Source of the DNA: Psammoneis japonica
Taxonomy: Eukaryota
Direction of reading: 5' to 3'
Assembly (NCBI GenBank): GCA_008632985.1
Contig: QPGO01000133.1
Location: 62,001 to 126,000 of the forward strand
DNA length: 64,000 nucleotides
The notes under the pieces are model-generated. The model had not been told where the DNA came from and did no database searches. It worked only from the letters and a program-made list of their open reading frames with translations. Every line of letters begins with the position of its first letter. Position 1 is the first letter of the stretch. This document shows, piece after piece, positions 22,151 through 35,029 of this stretch. The position numbers and the translations under genes were made by a program.

Positions 22151-24663
22151 CGCACCAGCCTCTGGCCTGTCAGTCATCCTCAAGATGCCGGACACAGATT
22201 TTTGCCAACCTGTTCTCTCTGCCAGTCTGTCGCGGTGGAAGTGCTGGTCAACTGGGAGACCAAGACTGACCACCCAGCTGGGCAGTGTCAAAAGTCCCCA
22301 GTCCTTGGCAATGGGGAAGATGTCTCTGCTCAAGAAGAGCTGGGAGAGTCCCTCCAAGACCACATGGTGGCGGCTGAGTTCAAGACTCCTGGATGCAAAA
22401 AGCTGTCTGGCTTGCCTCCTCCAAGTGACCGGATGGCGTTCAATGTGTTTGCGCCCTGCCGCCCGTCTGTCACAACTGCACCGGCTTGGCTCTTGGCAGC
22501 CAACAAGAGCCCGTCCGCATTGACTGGGGTGGTCCAGTTGGCAGAGGACAAACCACACAATTTGGGTGCTGTCTCAGTGGAAGTTGGGAAAAAATCCCAG
22601 TCTCAAGCCAAGTCTTCAGATGACATGGTGCAGTTGCTCAGTCGCAAGCTGGACCAGTTGGACACTGCCTTGGGCTCCCCCCTCAAGGCTTCGACCCAAG
22701 CCCAGAAGCGCCCGCTGTTTGGGGGCCCCAGCAAACATCACGTCAAGGTCACCAGGACCAGGTGCGGGAGGGATCAGAGCTGACATCCAGGAAAAGCTGA
22801 AAAGAGTTGACCAAAAGTTCACGGACCATTCGAACCATCTGGTGACCACACTCAACTCGCAGATCCAAACTCTCCAAACCCACATCAACTCTTGTGCGGC
22901 AGGCTCTGATCTGGATGTCTTGAAGGGGGACATGCTCCGAGCATGCAGCCAGTCAGCGAACAGGATCCGGGGTCTAGAATCTTGGGACGGCAATGGCCCA
23001 GCAGTGGGAAGTGGTGCTGGCTCATCTGGCTTGAACATTGCAGGGTTGGAGGCTTGCATGTCTCAGTTGGATTGGACTGCAAGCGAGTTAAAATCAAAAT
23101 GGACAACTCAGCTGTCAAGTTCTCTGGAGTGGGAGTTGCCACTTTCGGCAAGTGCCAAGCGTGGATGGTCCACCATTTTCCGTCTCATGCACGTGGGTGT
23201 CTTTCGGATGCAGTCATTTTGCTGGACTGCATCAAGGGCATTGAACCCACAGCCCTTCACCATTTTCTGGTGCAGTGGGCAAAACAGATGAGCGCGAACA
23301 TTGAAGTGGAGGAAGACGCCCGAATGCCAGCAGGATTCCAGCATCGGATGCCGCACCTCCTGGACTCAGGGGCAGTGGAGGCGGCTGAAACTCTTGGTTT
23401 GCATCCATCCCATTTGGACAAAATCCCCACATGTGAGCATTGGTCATCTGGTGTTGCGGGTGTCAAACACACTTCATTGAGAAGAAGACAGCTGTTGCAG
23501 AGAATGACCTCATGGAAGACACAAACCAATGCGTCGCACCTGGGACTTTCGAGAGCCAGGTGGTGTGAGACCTGCTGTCAAGAGTTTGAGCAAGTTTTCA
23601 GAACAACAAGCTCAGTCTCTGATGTCTGAGCTTGTGCACAGGGTCTTTGATGACATCCAGAAGGCTCGCTTGGGGGTGTTCACCACTGTCAAGGGCACTG
23701 ATCTGGTGGACTCGGTTTGCAGCAAGATCTTGTGGGTGGCATTCCGGGCCCAAGACATCATGGTGGAATGCATGGCTGCAGGGTTCGCCAACCACCCATC
23801 CATCACGTCGGAATGTGTGAAATTCTCAGCTGTGAATTCAGGTTTCAAGGTGGTGATGGATCTCCAGTCCATGGTTGACACTCTCACAGACAAAGCCAAG
23901 AACGCCAGTTTGGAGGCAAAGTCTGCTCAAGCCCGTGGCAATGCTGCTCATGTGGAAATCACAAAGCTGCGGAACAAGCTCAAAGAGGTGACGAAGCATT
24001 CAAAGGCAGTGGAGAACAAGAAATGATGGTCAGGGGGGTCTGCCGATGACCACCTCTGCTCCTCCAGGTCGGATCTCAGCATGGACAGCCCCATCAATCC
24101 AAGCCATGTCATGTGGGGTCACAAACCTTTTTCTTTTCAAGGATCGTGTTTGGTGGTTGCGTCGGGGCCCCCTGTCTGGTTGTTGGCCCTCCGACCTTCA
24201 GAATGGGTTGAAGTTTTCTTGGCTCTCTGTGACTCAAATCCCATGGTTTGGGATGTGGAGTTCTTGAGCTTGTTTCAGTCTTGCTTTGGTGGAAAAGCCC
24301 AAGGTGTCTCTTGGTCCTTGGAGATTGTGTCTGTGTCGGAGACTGCAGATCTGGTGCTGGCATTGGGCCCACCTCTGTTCCTGGAAACCTTGGTGTGTGT
24401 GTTGCCTGCCATCTCTCTGTTTGTGATCCCCTTGGGGGCTGCATCTCTTGGCACATGTTGGGAGGTTTGAAACACCTCAATCACCTTGGGGTCTCTCACT
24501 TGGCAGTGGGCGGGGTCACTTCCTTTCAAACAACGCCATTCTGGCAACACATGGGGGGTCCTGATGTCACGGGAGGACTCCATTGGTTCACAAAAAAAAA
24601 CAACATCCATGTTTTAAGTGTCACATCATTGACTGCAAATTGGCTGGTGCCCCGGCCACCCCA

Positions 24664-25712
24664 AGCCAGGACCTTGTTTTGCATGCAGAAGGAGACAGGC
24701 TCCACCCGGGATGCCTGGACTGTCCCGTGCTGCACCAATCCTGCCAATCCCTTGCGGGTTGGATCTCCCGCTCTCTTTCTGTGGATGAAATTCTGGCAGC
24801 CTGGGACTTCCCACTTTGGCATCATTCGCAGGGACTCATGAACCTCATGGAGGCTGAGGGTGATTTGTCCAATGCAGTTCCGCTCAATGTCCTGGCGGTT
24901 CCGTTGGGCCAGGACCTGACGTGTTCCAGCCGCACGTGAACCAAATCGTGCACAAAAACGACATTTGCGCGATTTTTGCGCGGTCCCTAACTTACGATCG
25001 AACTTTCACCACCAAAAGTATAGATTTATACAAATATAAATGTTTTGCAACACTAACAAGACTCGTGTGAGTGTTGCAATATCATTGTTATTGTGCTATC
25101 TATGTTTTTCATTGCGTTAAATAAAAGATTCGTAACACAACGGATGATTTTCGGCGAAAATATTGCCGTTATTTGGATGTTAACTAAATATATCTTTCTA
25201 CGATGCTACTTGGTAGGTTTTCTACCTACAAAAAAATCTCAGTATAATTCTACTGACGTACAATCAGTATTGAGTCTACTGAGGAAGTTTATGATACATA
25301 TGCCATGAGGATTTGAATACCCCACAAAAAACTATTTAAATGTACATACTCTAGAAGCCTATAAAAGTCAATCCGTCTAAGTATTTTATATTAAAATGCT
25401 CCATACACTAAAAGATACATAAATTATATTCAAAATCCGATTGTCGTTTTGTGCGTCACCTGGGACTGGAACACGTCACCTTCTTGTTTTGCATGCAGAA
25501 GGAGACAGGCTCCACCTGGGACGCCTGGACCATCCCTGCACCAATCCTGCCGATCCTCTGCAGGCTGGATCTCCCACTCTCTTTCTGCGGATGAAATTCT
25601 GGCAGGCTGGGACTTCCCGCTTTGGCATCATTCGCAGGGACTCATGAACCTTGTGGAGGCCAAGGGCGATTTGTCCAATGCAGCTCCGCTCAATTCCTGG
25701 CGGTTCCGTTGG
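24664..25712. repeat. ~245-bp tandem duplication, second unit interrupted by MITE C
   Basis: GCCAGGACC(T)...TTGTTTTGCATGCAGAAGGAGACAGG...CCTGGCGGTTCCGTTGG occurs twice. Confidence 0.85.
24918..25477. mobile_element. MITE family C (560 bp, AT-rich, TA intact), TSD ACCT
   Basis: TIR GACGTGTTCCAG ... CTGGAACACGTC; ACCT at 24914-24917 and 25478-25481. Confidence 0.9.
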
Positions 25713-26963
25713 AGGCCTTTGTTGAGGGTCGCTCCTTGGTCCCTTCAAGTGACCTCATTTCCAGTCTCTGACCAGCCTCACGGGTGCCACGGACGGCCAC
25801 TTGGTTGGAGTCCTTGAGACGGCATTTGCCTCACAGTTGGATTGACACAACCGTGATCACAGCAAATGCGGCAAAAGGGGATGCGGCCAAGCCTCCATTT
25901 TGCCTCTGGGACAAGTGGATCACACTGCTTTGCCCTTCTTTTGGGAAAGCCTTGTCAGGTCTCCGGTCCCTTGCTTGTTGCTCGGTGGTGGCAACAGCAC
26001 ACTGCTCGTTCTTTCCTTGCTTGTCTCAGGTGGTGCCATGGGACCGCCTGGCCGGCCCGCCTGTTGGTCCTCCAACGATGGCACGGGGATGCCTCAGGGC
26101 ATCTGCAGGGGGGCGCATTGTCATCCTCCCCTTCCTTCATTGCTCTTGGATGTCATTCTGGGGAGGAATGTGCCATCTCAAGTCATGGCAAGCAGCTGGT
26201 GGAATTGGGATGGCGGGTCATCCCTGCTTTTTTGGCGATGGCCTGCAGAGGACTTGTTCGTCATGCCAGCAGGAATCTTCCTCTCCCTCCACATTGCCGC
26301 GGCCCTCAACAAAGCTGTCAGTGCCCAGGCTGCTCGTGCAACTTCCAAAGGCTTCTGGTGTCACAGCTGGACAACTGTCCCAGCCAGAGCTTGCCACAAC
26401 CTGCAGCCACTGTGTGACCATCTCGCTGAACCGTGCTTCAATGGCTTTTGGTCACAGCACATCGGCCACCTTGTGCCTCGCGATCACATGGAAGAGGTGC
26501 CATCCGATGCATCCCATGCCGGTCCAGGGGGTTGGAGCCCAGACTTCAACTTTGTGTGGTGTCTCAGCCACGCCAATCTGGTGCAGGCGGGTCTGCCAAT
26601 GAAGCTGATGGAGGACAGAACACAAGAGCCCCTGATTGACATGGAAGGGTTGCACATCAATGTGCTGGAGTTCATGGCCATCATCATCAACACACACATG
26701 GACACAGAACTGTTGGCATTGGTGGATGAATTCAGCACGCTCAAGATGACTACACCAGTGTCCTGTTGTGGTTGTGTCATGCCAGCCTCTCTCACTGCCC
26801 AGTTGCACAGAGTGCCTTGCTTGCTTCTTGAATGCTCTTCTCTTTGCTGCTGATTTTCGGGGGGGGGGCTGACCAGCAGTCACACGGCTGGCATCTCTAA
26901 CAACAAAGCGGATGCTCTCTTGCACCCAGCGGATTGTCCAACGTGGGCATCCGTTGTTGAGAA

Positions 26964-28221
26964 ATGTGCTCCCGCCTCTCAACAGTGCCAAGCATGCCGA
27001 GTCCCCTCCAAGCTTGTTTCCACAATTTCATTGCTCGTTGGACAAGATGCGACCAAGGACACATCCACAACGTGAATGACTCAACTTTTGAAACTCGCGC
27101 TGGCCACTTTGCAAACTGGCTTGAGCAGCGTGGCTTCAACAATGCCAGCCTCGCAAAACCAACTCTGGCCCAGACCTTCCCCATCCTCGGCTGCTACATG
27201 CTCAGCCTGGCAGAGGGAATCTCTTTGCAGAACACCACTGTTCTTGCCAAAGACTCTCTGATTGGCCATCGCAACACAGCAGCAGCCTGGCTGAAGGTTC
27301 ACTTTGGAGTCAAGGCCCCTGCCAGTCAGCAAAAGAATGGCAAGTCCCAGCTCCTGCCTTTCTGCGGTGAGATCATTCATCAGCGGAGCACCTGGCAGAA
27401 GAAGTGCAACAAGAAACAACTGATTTCCAGCAAGATGCATCTCCACATGGAGCAGCAATGTGCCTCAGACCTGGCAGCTCATGAAGCTGCGTTCCTTGAC
27501 CTGCCCGTGGCTGTGACCAACTGGGAGCACCTCTCCTTGTTCACCGGCTCGCGCCCAGCAGCCAAATGCACCCAAAGCAAAATCCCCAAGGGCCAGTCTT
27601 TTTTGCGATGATCCCCAACAATGACAAAGCCTTTGAGTGGGCAGGCATGCCTCTTGCTTTCATTGAATCTGACTTCACTTTTTACAACTCCACATTGATT
27701 GCCCCGCCGCCTCATCGGAAACTCATGGAAGAGGCCACAGAGGTTCACGCCCTGTTTTGTGACATGACAAAAGCAAGGAAAACTTCACCGTTTGGCAATG
27801 CCACTGCTTGAATGGATTCCTCTGTCCAGTGAAGGCCGCGCAAGCCATCATGCACCATGCCACACGGTTGGGCATTCCACCGCATGAGCCGATGGGAGCC
27901 TTTCAAGCCTCTCCCTTGGGGTCCCATGCACTCCTGTGAGGGAAAAACATCATTGAATTCCTTCATGACACATGTCAAGCAGCCCATCCTGATCTGTCTC
28001 ACTGCCTGTGGCTGCACATTGAATGCCTGGTGTCACACTTGAACCACGTCACAGCAGCCGTCGCCCCATTTGGCGCTGGCATCTCCATTGAGGACATCGC
28101 CCATTGCCTTCGCTGGAACTCTGACACCGTCAAATTCTGCCTTTGCGATTGCTTTTGCACCACAGGCCTTCTTGCCCAGCAGGCCATGACAGGAGCTTTG
28201 TTAGATGCTTGGCAGAGTTGA
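26964..28221 (+). pseudogene. Tyrosine recombinase remnant
   Basis: LSLFTGSR (catalytic Arg box). SHLNHVTAAVA...GISIEDIAHCLRWNSDTVKFCL matches HSxR...LRWxS...Y, with the catalytic Tyr read as Cys. Frameshifted. Confidence 0.7.
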
Positions 28222-28473
28222 TCACTCTGCCCACCATGCAGGCTCTTGCAGGGTTCATTGCCCATCTCAGACTGTCTCTCAGCCCTGCTGGAGCTTGTTG
28301 CCATCACAGACACACCTTCTCATTGCCCAGACCCAGCGTCGCCCCTCCTTCCTCCTGGCTGTTTTACTCCCATTGGCTTGATGCCCCTCTTGCTCAGCTT
28401 CCTGCCACCGGGCACCCCGCGCCGCTGCGTGGTGCCGAGCCTCTCAGCACACATGCCACCCAGTGGCCTCGCG

Positions 28474-28865
28474 GATGCGTTCCAGGTCTGCTGGGTGGGA
28501 CCTCGCACTGCTGAACTGTGACATCGACAGTTTTTTGAATCGCGTCGTATGTCGCGCAAGTGCAATTCCATGTGATGTTGACGAAATTTTGTGTGATTTT
28601 GCAGTGCAATTGTCAGGCGATCCATTCAACAACTTTTGACATTTTTTCCTTCTGCGCCATTCTCGAGTGTCTTAAGAATGGTGTGGGGCAGGCGCATCAT
28701 CCAAAACTTTGAGTGCGAACAGAGACACATGCACTGCAAACTTGGCCGTTTATTTTGTGTTGAAGACAAACACACGCATTGACCAGAGTGCGAACTGCAG
28801 AGCTCACACGCAGAATTCCATGGGGCAAATGTCACAAAAAGTCCCACCTGGGACTGGAACCCACC
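28474..28865 (+). mobile_element. MITE family A copy, eroded sister of the 44400 copy
   Basis: Colinear with the reverse complement of 44400-44790. TIRs recognisable, TSD not clean. Confidence 0.85.
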
Positions 28866-28977
28866 TCGTCATGATCGCTGCTTTGCCACCTGCCCTCCCT
28901 TTGCTTTGGCTCCCTTCTTTCTTCTTTCTCTCTCTCTCTCTTTCTGTTGTGTGGCCTCTTGTCTCCTGGTGGGACGG

Positions 28978-29520
28978 CGGCTCTCCAGCTGGAGCTCCAA
29001 TTCCGGGTCCCCGGAATGGGAGCTCTGGCTCAATGTCTGGTGCTCGTGGCTTGCGCCACAACCAACCAGAGTGCTCAACTAAGAGTGCATCAGACACAAG
29101 AGGAAGCAGAGTCAGCAAGCAACAGAGGGCAATCAACACATCGATTGTTTGGTGCAGATTGGAGACCAATGAGAGACAGTGGTCCATGCCTCCCCCCTGT
29201 GCGAGTGGGGAGTTGTTTTTGCAGCTGTGTGTGAACCTGCAAGCACCCTTTGAGCCACAGCAAGCTTCCTTTTTTTCTTCATCAACATTGCGCCGCATGT
29301 TGATGAGACAAGAGAGCAAGTTTTGCTTGCAGCCCACACCACCCACCCTTTGTGGCTCTCCAGCTGGAGCTCCAATTCCAGGTCCCCGGAATGGGAGCTC
29401 TGGCTCGAGGTCTGGTGCTTGTGGCTGATGCCACAACCAACCAGAGTGCTTGACTGAGAGCACATCAGACACGAGAGGAAGAAGAGTCAGCGAGCGACAG
29501 AGGGCAATTGACACATTGTT
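28978..29520. repeat. ~160-bp direct repeat (period ~375 bp), each copy with a GC-rich hairpin
   Basis: GAGCTCCAATTCCGGG-TC-CCCGGAATGGGAGCTC at 28992-29025 and a variant at 29367-29400. Confidence 0.85.
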
Positions 29521-31028
29521 TGTCATTTTTTGGGGTGTCAAAAATCAAAAAATCCAAAATGCTGCACTCTTTGTCAGTCGTGGTGGTGGCGGATGATGGC
29601 ACAGGAAGCTTCATGGATCAAGGCTTTCATTGGCATGTGAATGAGGTGCTGCATTGTGTGTGAGACACAAGAGCAGTGAATTGAAAGCACTTTGAGACAA
29701 ACTGCAATCGTTGGTGATGAACAAGACAAAATCATCCTTTGGTTGGCAATGCCATGTCTCCTTCACCAACATGCTGCCAACTTGAGGGATGAATGATGAA
29801 ATTTGCTTTTGGCAAAGATGAGCACATTAAAAAAATTTGGCAAATTTGCTGCACGCACAAAAAATTTTGTGGTGCATGCGACAAATTTGTTGCACATCCG
29901 ACAAACACCAACAAACGCCAACACCATTGTGCAACAAACACCGCACGACAAATGCCAACAAAAGCAGGCGAAAGCAGACAAACATGGGACAAACATGTTT
30001 TGCCAAACCACGCACGTGCTTGTGCAGCAGGGCCCTTCAGACACAGCCTCATCTTTGGAGCTGTGCACAACAATGCCGGCTCCATCCAGATGACCGCAGA
30101 CCTCAACAAACAAAAGGGGCAAGACATGCAATGGCATGTTTGAATCCATCATTTTATGATGGCAATTGTCGATCAATCATGACACATGATTGAATGTCAT
30201 CTGCAGCCTGAAAGACAAGGTGAAATGTGGCAGCTTGTGTGCAGAACACTTGTGCAACAGATCGGTTGTCAAAAAGTGATGCTGTTCTTGTGTCATGTCA
30301 TCACAAGTGCAAATCACAAGGTGACCAGAGTGATGGCCAAGGCAAAAGCAGAACCTTGTGTGGCTGACAAAAATGTGGCAGATTGAACAGCCATGTTGTT
30401 TCCTCCCTTCGTCGCATCTTGTGTGCAGAATGCAGCGGATTGCACTGTCATGCTTTTGTCATGTGGTCTTAAAATGCACGCCATGAGGCATCCACAGCAA
30501 AGGCCAAGGCTGCAGTGGAGCCGTGTTTAACTGACATTGACATGGAGAATTTAATGGAAAAACTCATTCCTCCTCATTCCACCAGAAGGGGCCGCATCAC
30601 GTCGTTGTGTCAATGCGCCATCATCGCGCACAAGAGACAACATGTCAGCCAAGACCAGAGGCTCAGTTGCGCACCGTGGGTGTGTTTTGGTGAGTTGCGC
30701 CGACAAATTTTATTTGTCGCAGAAAGTTTTGGCTGTGACAAAGATCGCCAAATTTTGTCAAATGCAACACTCAATGAAAGGACATTGCCAAAGCACATGT
30801 TGTGCATGAATGACATTGAACACCTCATCTCTGAATTTTGCAATGTGTTTTTGTCCTGTTTGTTGTGAACAATTTCAGTTTGTCTCAATTGCATCTTTTC
30901 AAGACAAAACACAAATCCATTTAAGAAAATGTTGCCAAGTGCCACAAAATGCCGTGTGTCCCAGGGATGCAATGACACAAGGGATGCACCATTGCAACAA
31001 ATCCATGCCATCAAACTGCAAAGCTGTT

Positions 31029-31424
31029 GACGCGTTCCAGCCCTAGGTGGGAGCTCGTAGCACTGACGTGTGACAACAATAATTTTTATCATCCGTCGTA
31101 TGTTTCGTACGTAGATTTCTACGTGTGATATTTAAAAAAAATTGTCCAGACTCGCTGTTTTGCGAAGCCCCAGACGTTTTATATAACAAATTTATAGAAA
31201 CAATAATGCGCCAGTTACATTCTTCAATGTCTGAAGAATGTAACTGGCTAAGTAAAAAATGATGTACTTCAATCATGTGCGAGTTTGTGCGTTCGCAAAA
31301 TTGCCTCATTTTCTGTTGGCGATCATTGACATTTTAATTACCGTATAATTTTACTACGGAGCTCGCACGTAGAAGTCTACGGGCCCAATGTCACACGGAT
31401 TCCCACCTGCGTCTGGAACGCGTC
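31029..31424 (+). mobile_element. MITE family A copy, well preserved, TSD TGTT
   Basis: TIR GACGCGTTCCAG-N4-AGGTGGGA at both ends; TGTT on both sides; TA-rich interior. Confidence 0.92.
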
Positions 31425-31565
31425 TGTTGCCTTTCACCGCAACCACAAATCAGCCAAAAAAGTTGCACCCCAGGAACAAAACAAGTGGAGGGAAACAGTG
31501 GATCTGGATTGGTGGCAAAAACCGCAGCAAGCTGAGAGAAGAAGACAAAGAACAAGACGAAAGGG

Positions 31566-33235
31566 GTGTTCGCGAACAAGCAACTCCATCCTCTGCATCC
31601 CGAGAGAACACAGACCATCACTTTCAAGGTCACAGTGGAGAGTTCAGACATTGAACTGCATGCAGCCTCTCTGAAAACACCGTGGGATCCGAATTGGATG
31701 CACACCCAACACCAGGTGCTTTTGCAACAAATCCAAATGGGCAGTTTGCACGAAGCCTCTCTGACAGCACCGATGCATCTGAGCTGGAGACTGGCCAATC
31801 AGCCAATGATGCAAACCCCCCATTCCGCCCTCTCGTGATGACAGGACCATCCTCGTGGAAGCTGAGCTTGCACTTCCTAGCAGCAATCGTCTCCAAGAAG
31901 AAAACAGGGTGTGTCCAGACCTCGTGCAGACGCCAGAAGACTTGGAGAGAGCAAAAAGAAAAAAGCGCGAACTTTGTCTTTTCGTGCTTGTCGGTTTTAT
32001 CTTGATGCTTGTTGTGGCTTTGATGTCAGGCTCAATCCTTAGACCGATCAGCAGCCCTGACACTTGTGCTGGGTCAGTTGCTTTGTGATGAGCTGAGCAT
32101 CCCACTTCAGCGCCATCATTGTGGAATTGTGTCTGGTGTGTCAACCGAAGTGGCAAGCAGATGTGAAATCTTGAAAGGTGATTTCAACCTCACCATAGAG
32201 TCGAACACAACTTCTTGCGAGCCTCACAATCTCGCATTGCTTTGGCTGGCGAATGACACTCTTGCAAGCGACATGGCCGTTCCATTGCCGCCAGAAGGAA
32301 ACGAGACTGGCGCAACATGCCTGCGTGGCGAGCATCAGTGGATGGCACAGCGGCATGTTTTGGCATTGCGTTATTTTTCTTTGAATGGCCATCTCTGGAC
32401 AAGGCAACAGAATTGGCTCTCCTGCAAAATTGAATGTGAATGGGAAGGGGTGGAGTGCGCTGCTGGAGGTCAAAGGCAAATTTTTGAGTTAGGCTTGGAC
32501 GAACAAAATGCGCGTGGCACACTCCCGATGGAATTTGGGCACCTTTGCGACTTGGAGAAGATCGATCTCACTGTCAATCGCATTTTAGGCCAGCTACCCA
32601 GTGGATTGCTTCTGCCGCTGGCGTCTCTCCGTAAGTGCTCTGTAAGGTTTCAACTCTTCAACGAAAACGTTGGTTTTGTCGTTCAGTGCTAATTTAACTT
32701 TGATCTTGCCACGGAGTATTTGAATGTTTCGTTCAATGAGCTGACAGGGACGTTACCTACAGAGCTCGGACAATTGGAGCAACTAAGTAAGTTCGGTGAT
32801 TTTGAAGGTAATGATGAGTGTTGAGAGCAAGAGCGACTCACCATGCTTTCTCTCGCTCTTTAAAATCGTTTCAGCGACTCTTTTGTTGGGAGGAAATAGA
32901 TTCAATGGAACAATACCCACAGAACTACAGAATCTTGAACGGATAGGTGAGTTCCTGGCTGGACGATTATCCATGTTGCCAATTCCGTGCTTCCTCATTT
33001 TCGTTCCTGTGCCTTCGCTATCCCCATCGTCCGCTGCCATACAGTCGATCTAGACCTTAGCAGTTCTCTGTTAGAGGGGCCTTTTCCGGCGGAGCTTTGT
33101 TATCAAACTGTCTTGGAGCCCCCAATTGTGATCCACTGCGATAGTTCATTAACGGAAGACTGCGAGTGCTGCTGCTGTCGATGTGATGCGCCACCGTGCC
33201 GAGATGCTGCAGTCGCAGCTTGCCACCCGTCGTGA
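31566..33235 (+). pseudogene. Membrane-anchored LRR receptor-like gene, 5' half degraded
   Basis: TM segment LCLFVLVGFILMLVVALM; ALLWLAND, QRHVLALRYFSLNG..W, NWLS..ECEWEGVEC; LRRs GTLPMEFGHL, GTLPTELGQL, FNGTIPTEL; GTAAG introns; stop/frameshift near 32080. Confidence 0.75.
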
Positions 33236-33437
33236 ACCCGGGGAATAGCACCCTGAACTTGTATCAAATCCACATTCCATGTTTCTATATTTTAGCACGA
33301 AAATTATGTTGTCTGCTTCTCTCTAGTGGCTACTTCCATAAGCAGTACCAGGTCACTCTCTAGCTAGCTCCTCTACTGGAGCTAGAATAGAGAAGATCTG
33401 AAATGCAGTCAAACTGCTTCTTCGCAATGGTGCTGCT

Positions 33438-34815
33438 TCATAGTTCCTGCTCCCTATGTATCTTTGCCATGAGCTTCAAATCACTGTGATCCAAGCTTCC
33501 GTTCCCCGTCGCATCTAACCTATCAAACTGTTCATGCAACTCTTGCAACTGCTTTGGCTCCACCAATTGCAATTCAACCAACATAAATTCCACATACTCG
33601 TCCTTGGTGACCGTACCATCCCCATTGGAATCCATTTTATTCAAATAGTCCGTCGTTAGTGCTCCCGCCGTGCACGTTGTGCCTCCAACAATCGACTTCG
33701 ACGTTGTTGCAATGAAAAGGATGCAATATAACTCAACACTTGTCCCACCGTGGCAACCGCCATGGGTATATACAAGAGTGCAAACAAGCGTCCCCGGCGT
33801 GTCGACGGAGAAAAATCACCATAGCCAACCGTCCCTGACGTAATAATGGAATAGTAAATGGAGTCGATCCAAGACCACTTTTCTAAATGACCCATGTAGA
33901 GACCGCCCATGAACAGAACCGAAATGGGTGGAACAAGCGTTTTGGCAATGTTGCGAATCTGAGAAAACCGAGACGAAATTGTCTGTTTTGTACTACTTGT
34001 CGCCTTCGTTTTCTTGTCACTTGCTTCCATTATACCAGCAGTCTCATTATTATGGCTTGAGTATTTTGTAGAATTCACGAGATGATTCATTTTGTCAAAC
34101 AGGTCAACGATACGTTTCCGACTACGGTCTTGTGCAGCCTCCATGGCGTGTACTTCGGATTGCAACAAGTCACTTCCAATTCTCGCCAGAGCCGTTCCCA
34201 AAAAGCTAATGCCACCCAAACCAAAGAGACACGTAAACACCTTGGCTTTGGTCGACAATGGACTCGCCAAATCGCCATATCCACCGTGGTGAACGTTGTC
34301 ACACTAAAATACAAGGCATCCAGACAGGACCAGTGGGATTCGAGCAAGACCGAATACGCCACTACGCCCACTAGCAGATACAACACAATTCCCAACAGGG
34401 CATCTCGAGCCGTTGTCATGGGCATGGATGGTGTAGTGTCATCGGTATTGTTGTGACTGATTTTTGTAAAGATTCGTTTTGCGGCAGGAAAGTAGGGCAG
34501 CGAAATGCCCCTCCATAAGTTTCGAAGAAATCGTGATGTGAAGACTTGCAACTTGTTTCTTGGCGAGGCATTGTTCTTGTTTGTAGCACAGAGCAATGTA
34601 GAGATTGAGCGCTCTTGAATGCTACTTATGCTGTGACCTTGATTTTTATGATACAACGAGTTGCCGTTGACGCTTCTTTTTGACGAGTAAGTCGAGTGAA
34701 ATGCCATCATCAGCGGTTGATGAATTGAGCTTGCCACGTTCAACGCGTTGACTTGAACCATTAACCAAGATACAAGGATTAGCAAGGAGATTCGTTGTGT
34801 TATAGCACTACTCAT
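33438..34815 (-). CDS. Two-pore-domain K+ channel (TPK/KCO-like) with two C-terminal EF hands; two 1-nt frameshifts in this sequence
   Basis: Pore 1 DALYFSVTTFTTV-GYGDL (restored across a shift at ~34280), pore 2 DSIYYSIITSGTVGYGDF, EF hands DSNGDGTVTKDE and DATGNGSLDHSD. Second shift at ~33660. Confidence 0.85.
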
Positions 34816-35029
34816 ATCGTCTCTGTAAGTGTGGTTCTCTCAGCGGCTCCTATTCTCAGTTCATTGTCTCTTTTCTGTGCCGGTATCTTTCGTCCGGTAT
34901 CTTTGTGCAAAAAGATATCTTTCTCGTTCTCGTACGAGACAGGCGAGGAGACTGTACCAGTAGATTTGTAGCTCAAAAATGCAACACATGGTTCTCCACA
35001 AGTATGACTTTATAGTATCGCAAGTGAAT

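Larger units (their letters stand above)
22155..28230 (+). mobile_element. Decayed DIRS/Ngaro-like tyrosine-recombinase retrotransposon; RT not recognisable
   Basis: ORF1-like remnant (~22940-24026), RNase H motifs SDASHAGPGGW, LHINVLEFMA and HTAGISNNKADAL (~26500-26920), then a recombinase remnant. Termini not resolved. Confidence 0.7.

Noticed and set aside
28978..29520. Ngaro-type split direct repeats (A1...B1-A2-B2)
   Set aside because: I could not find the intervening 29150-29350 segment at the element's 5' end.
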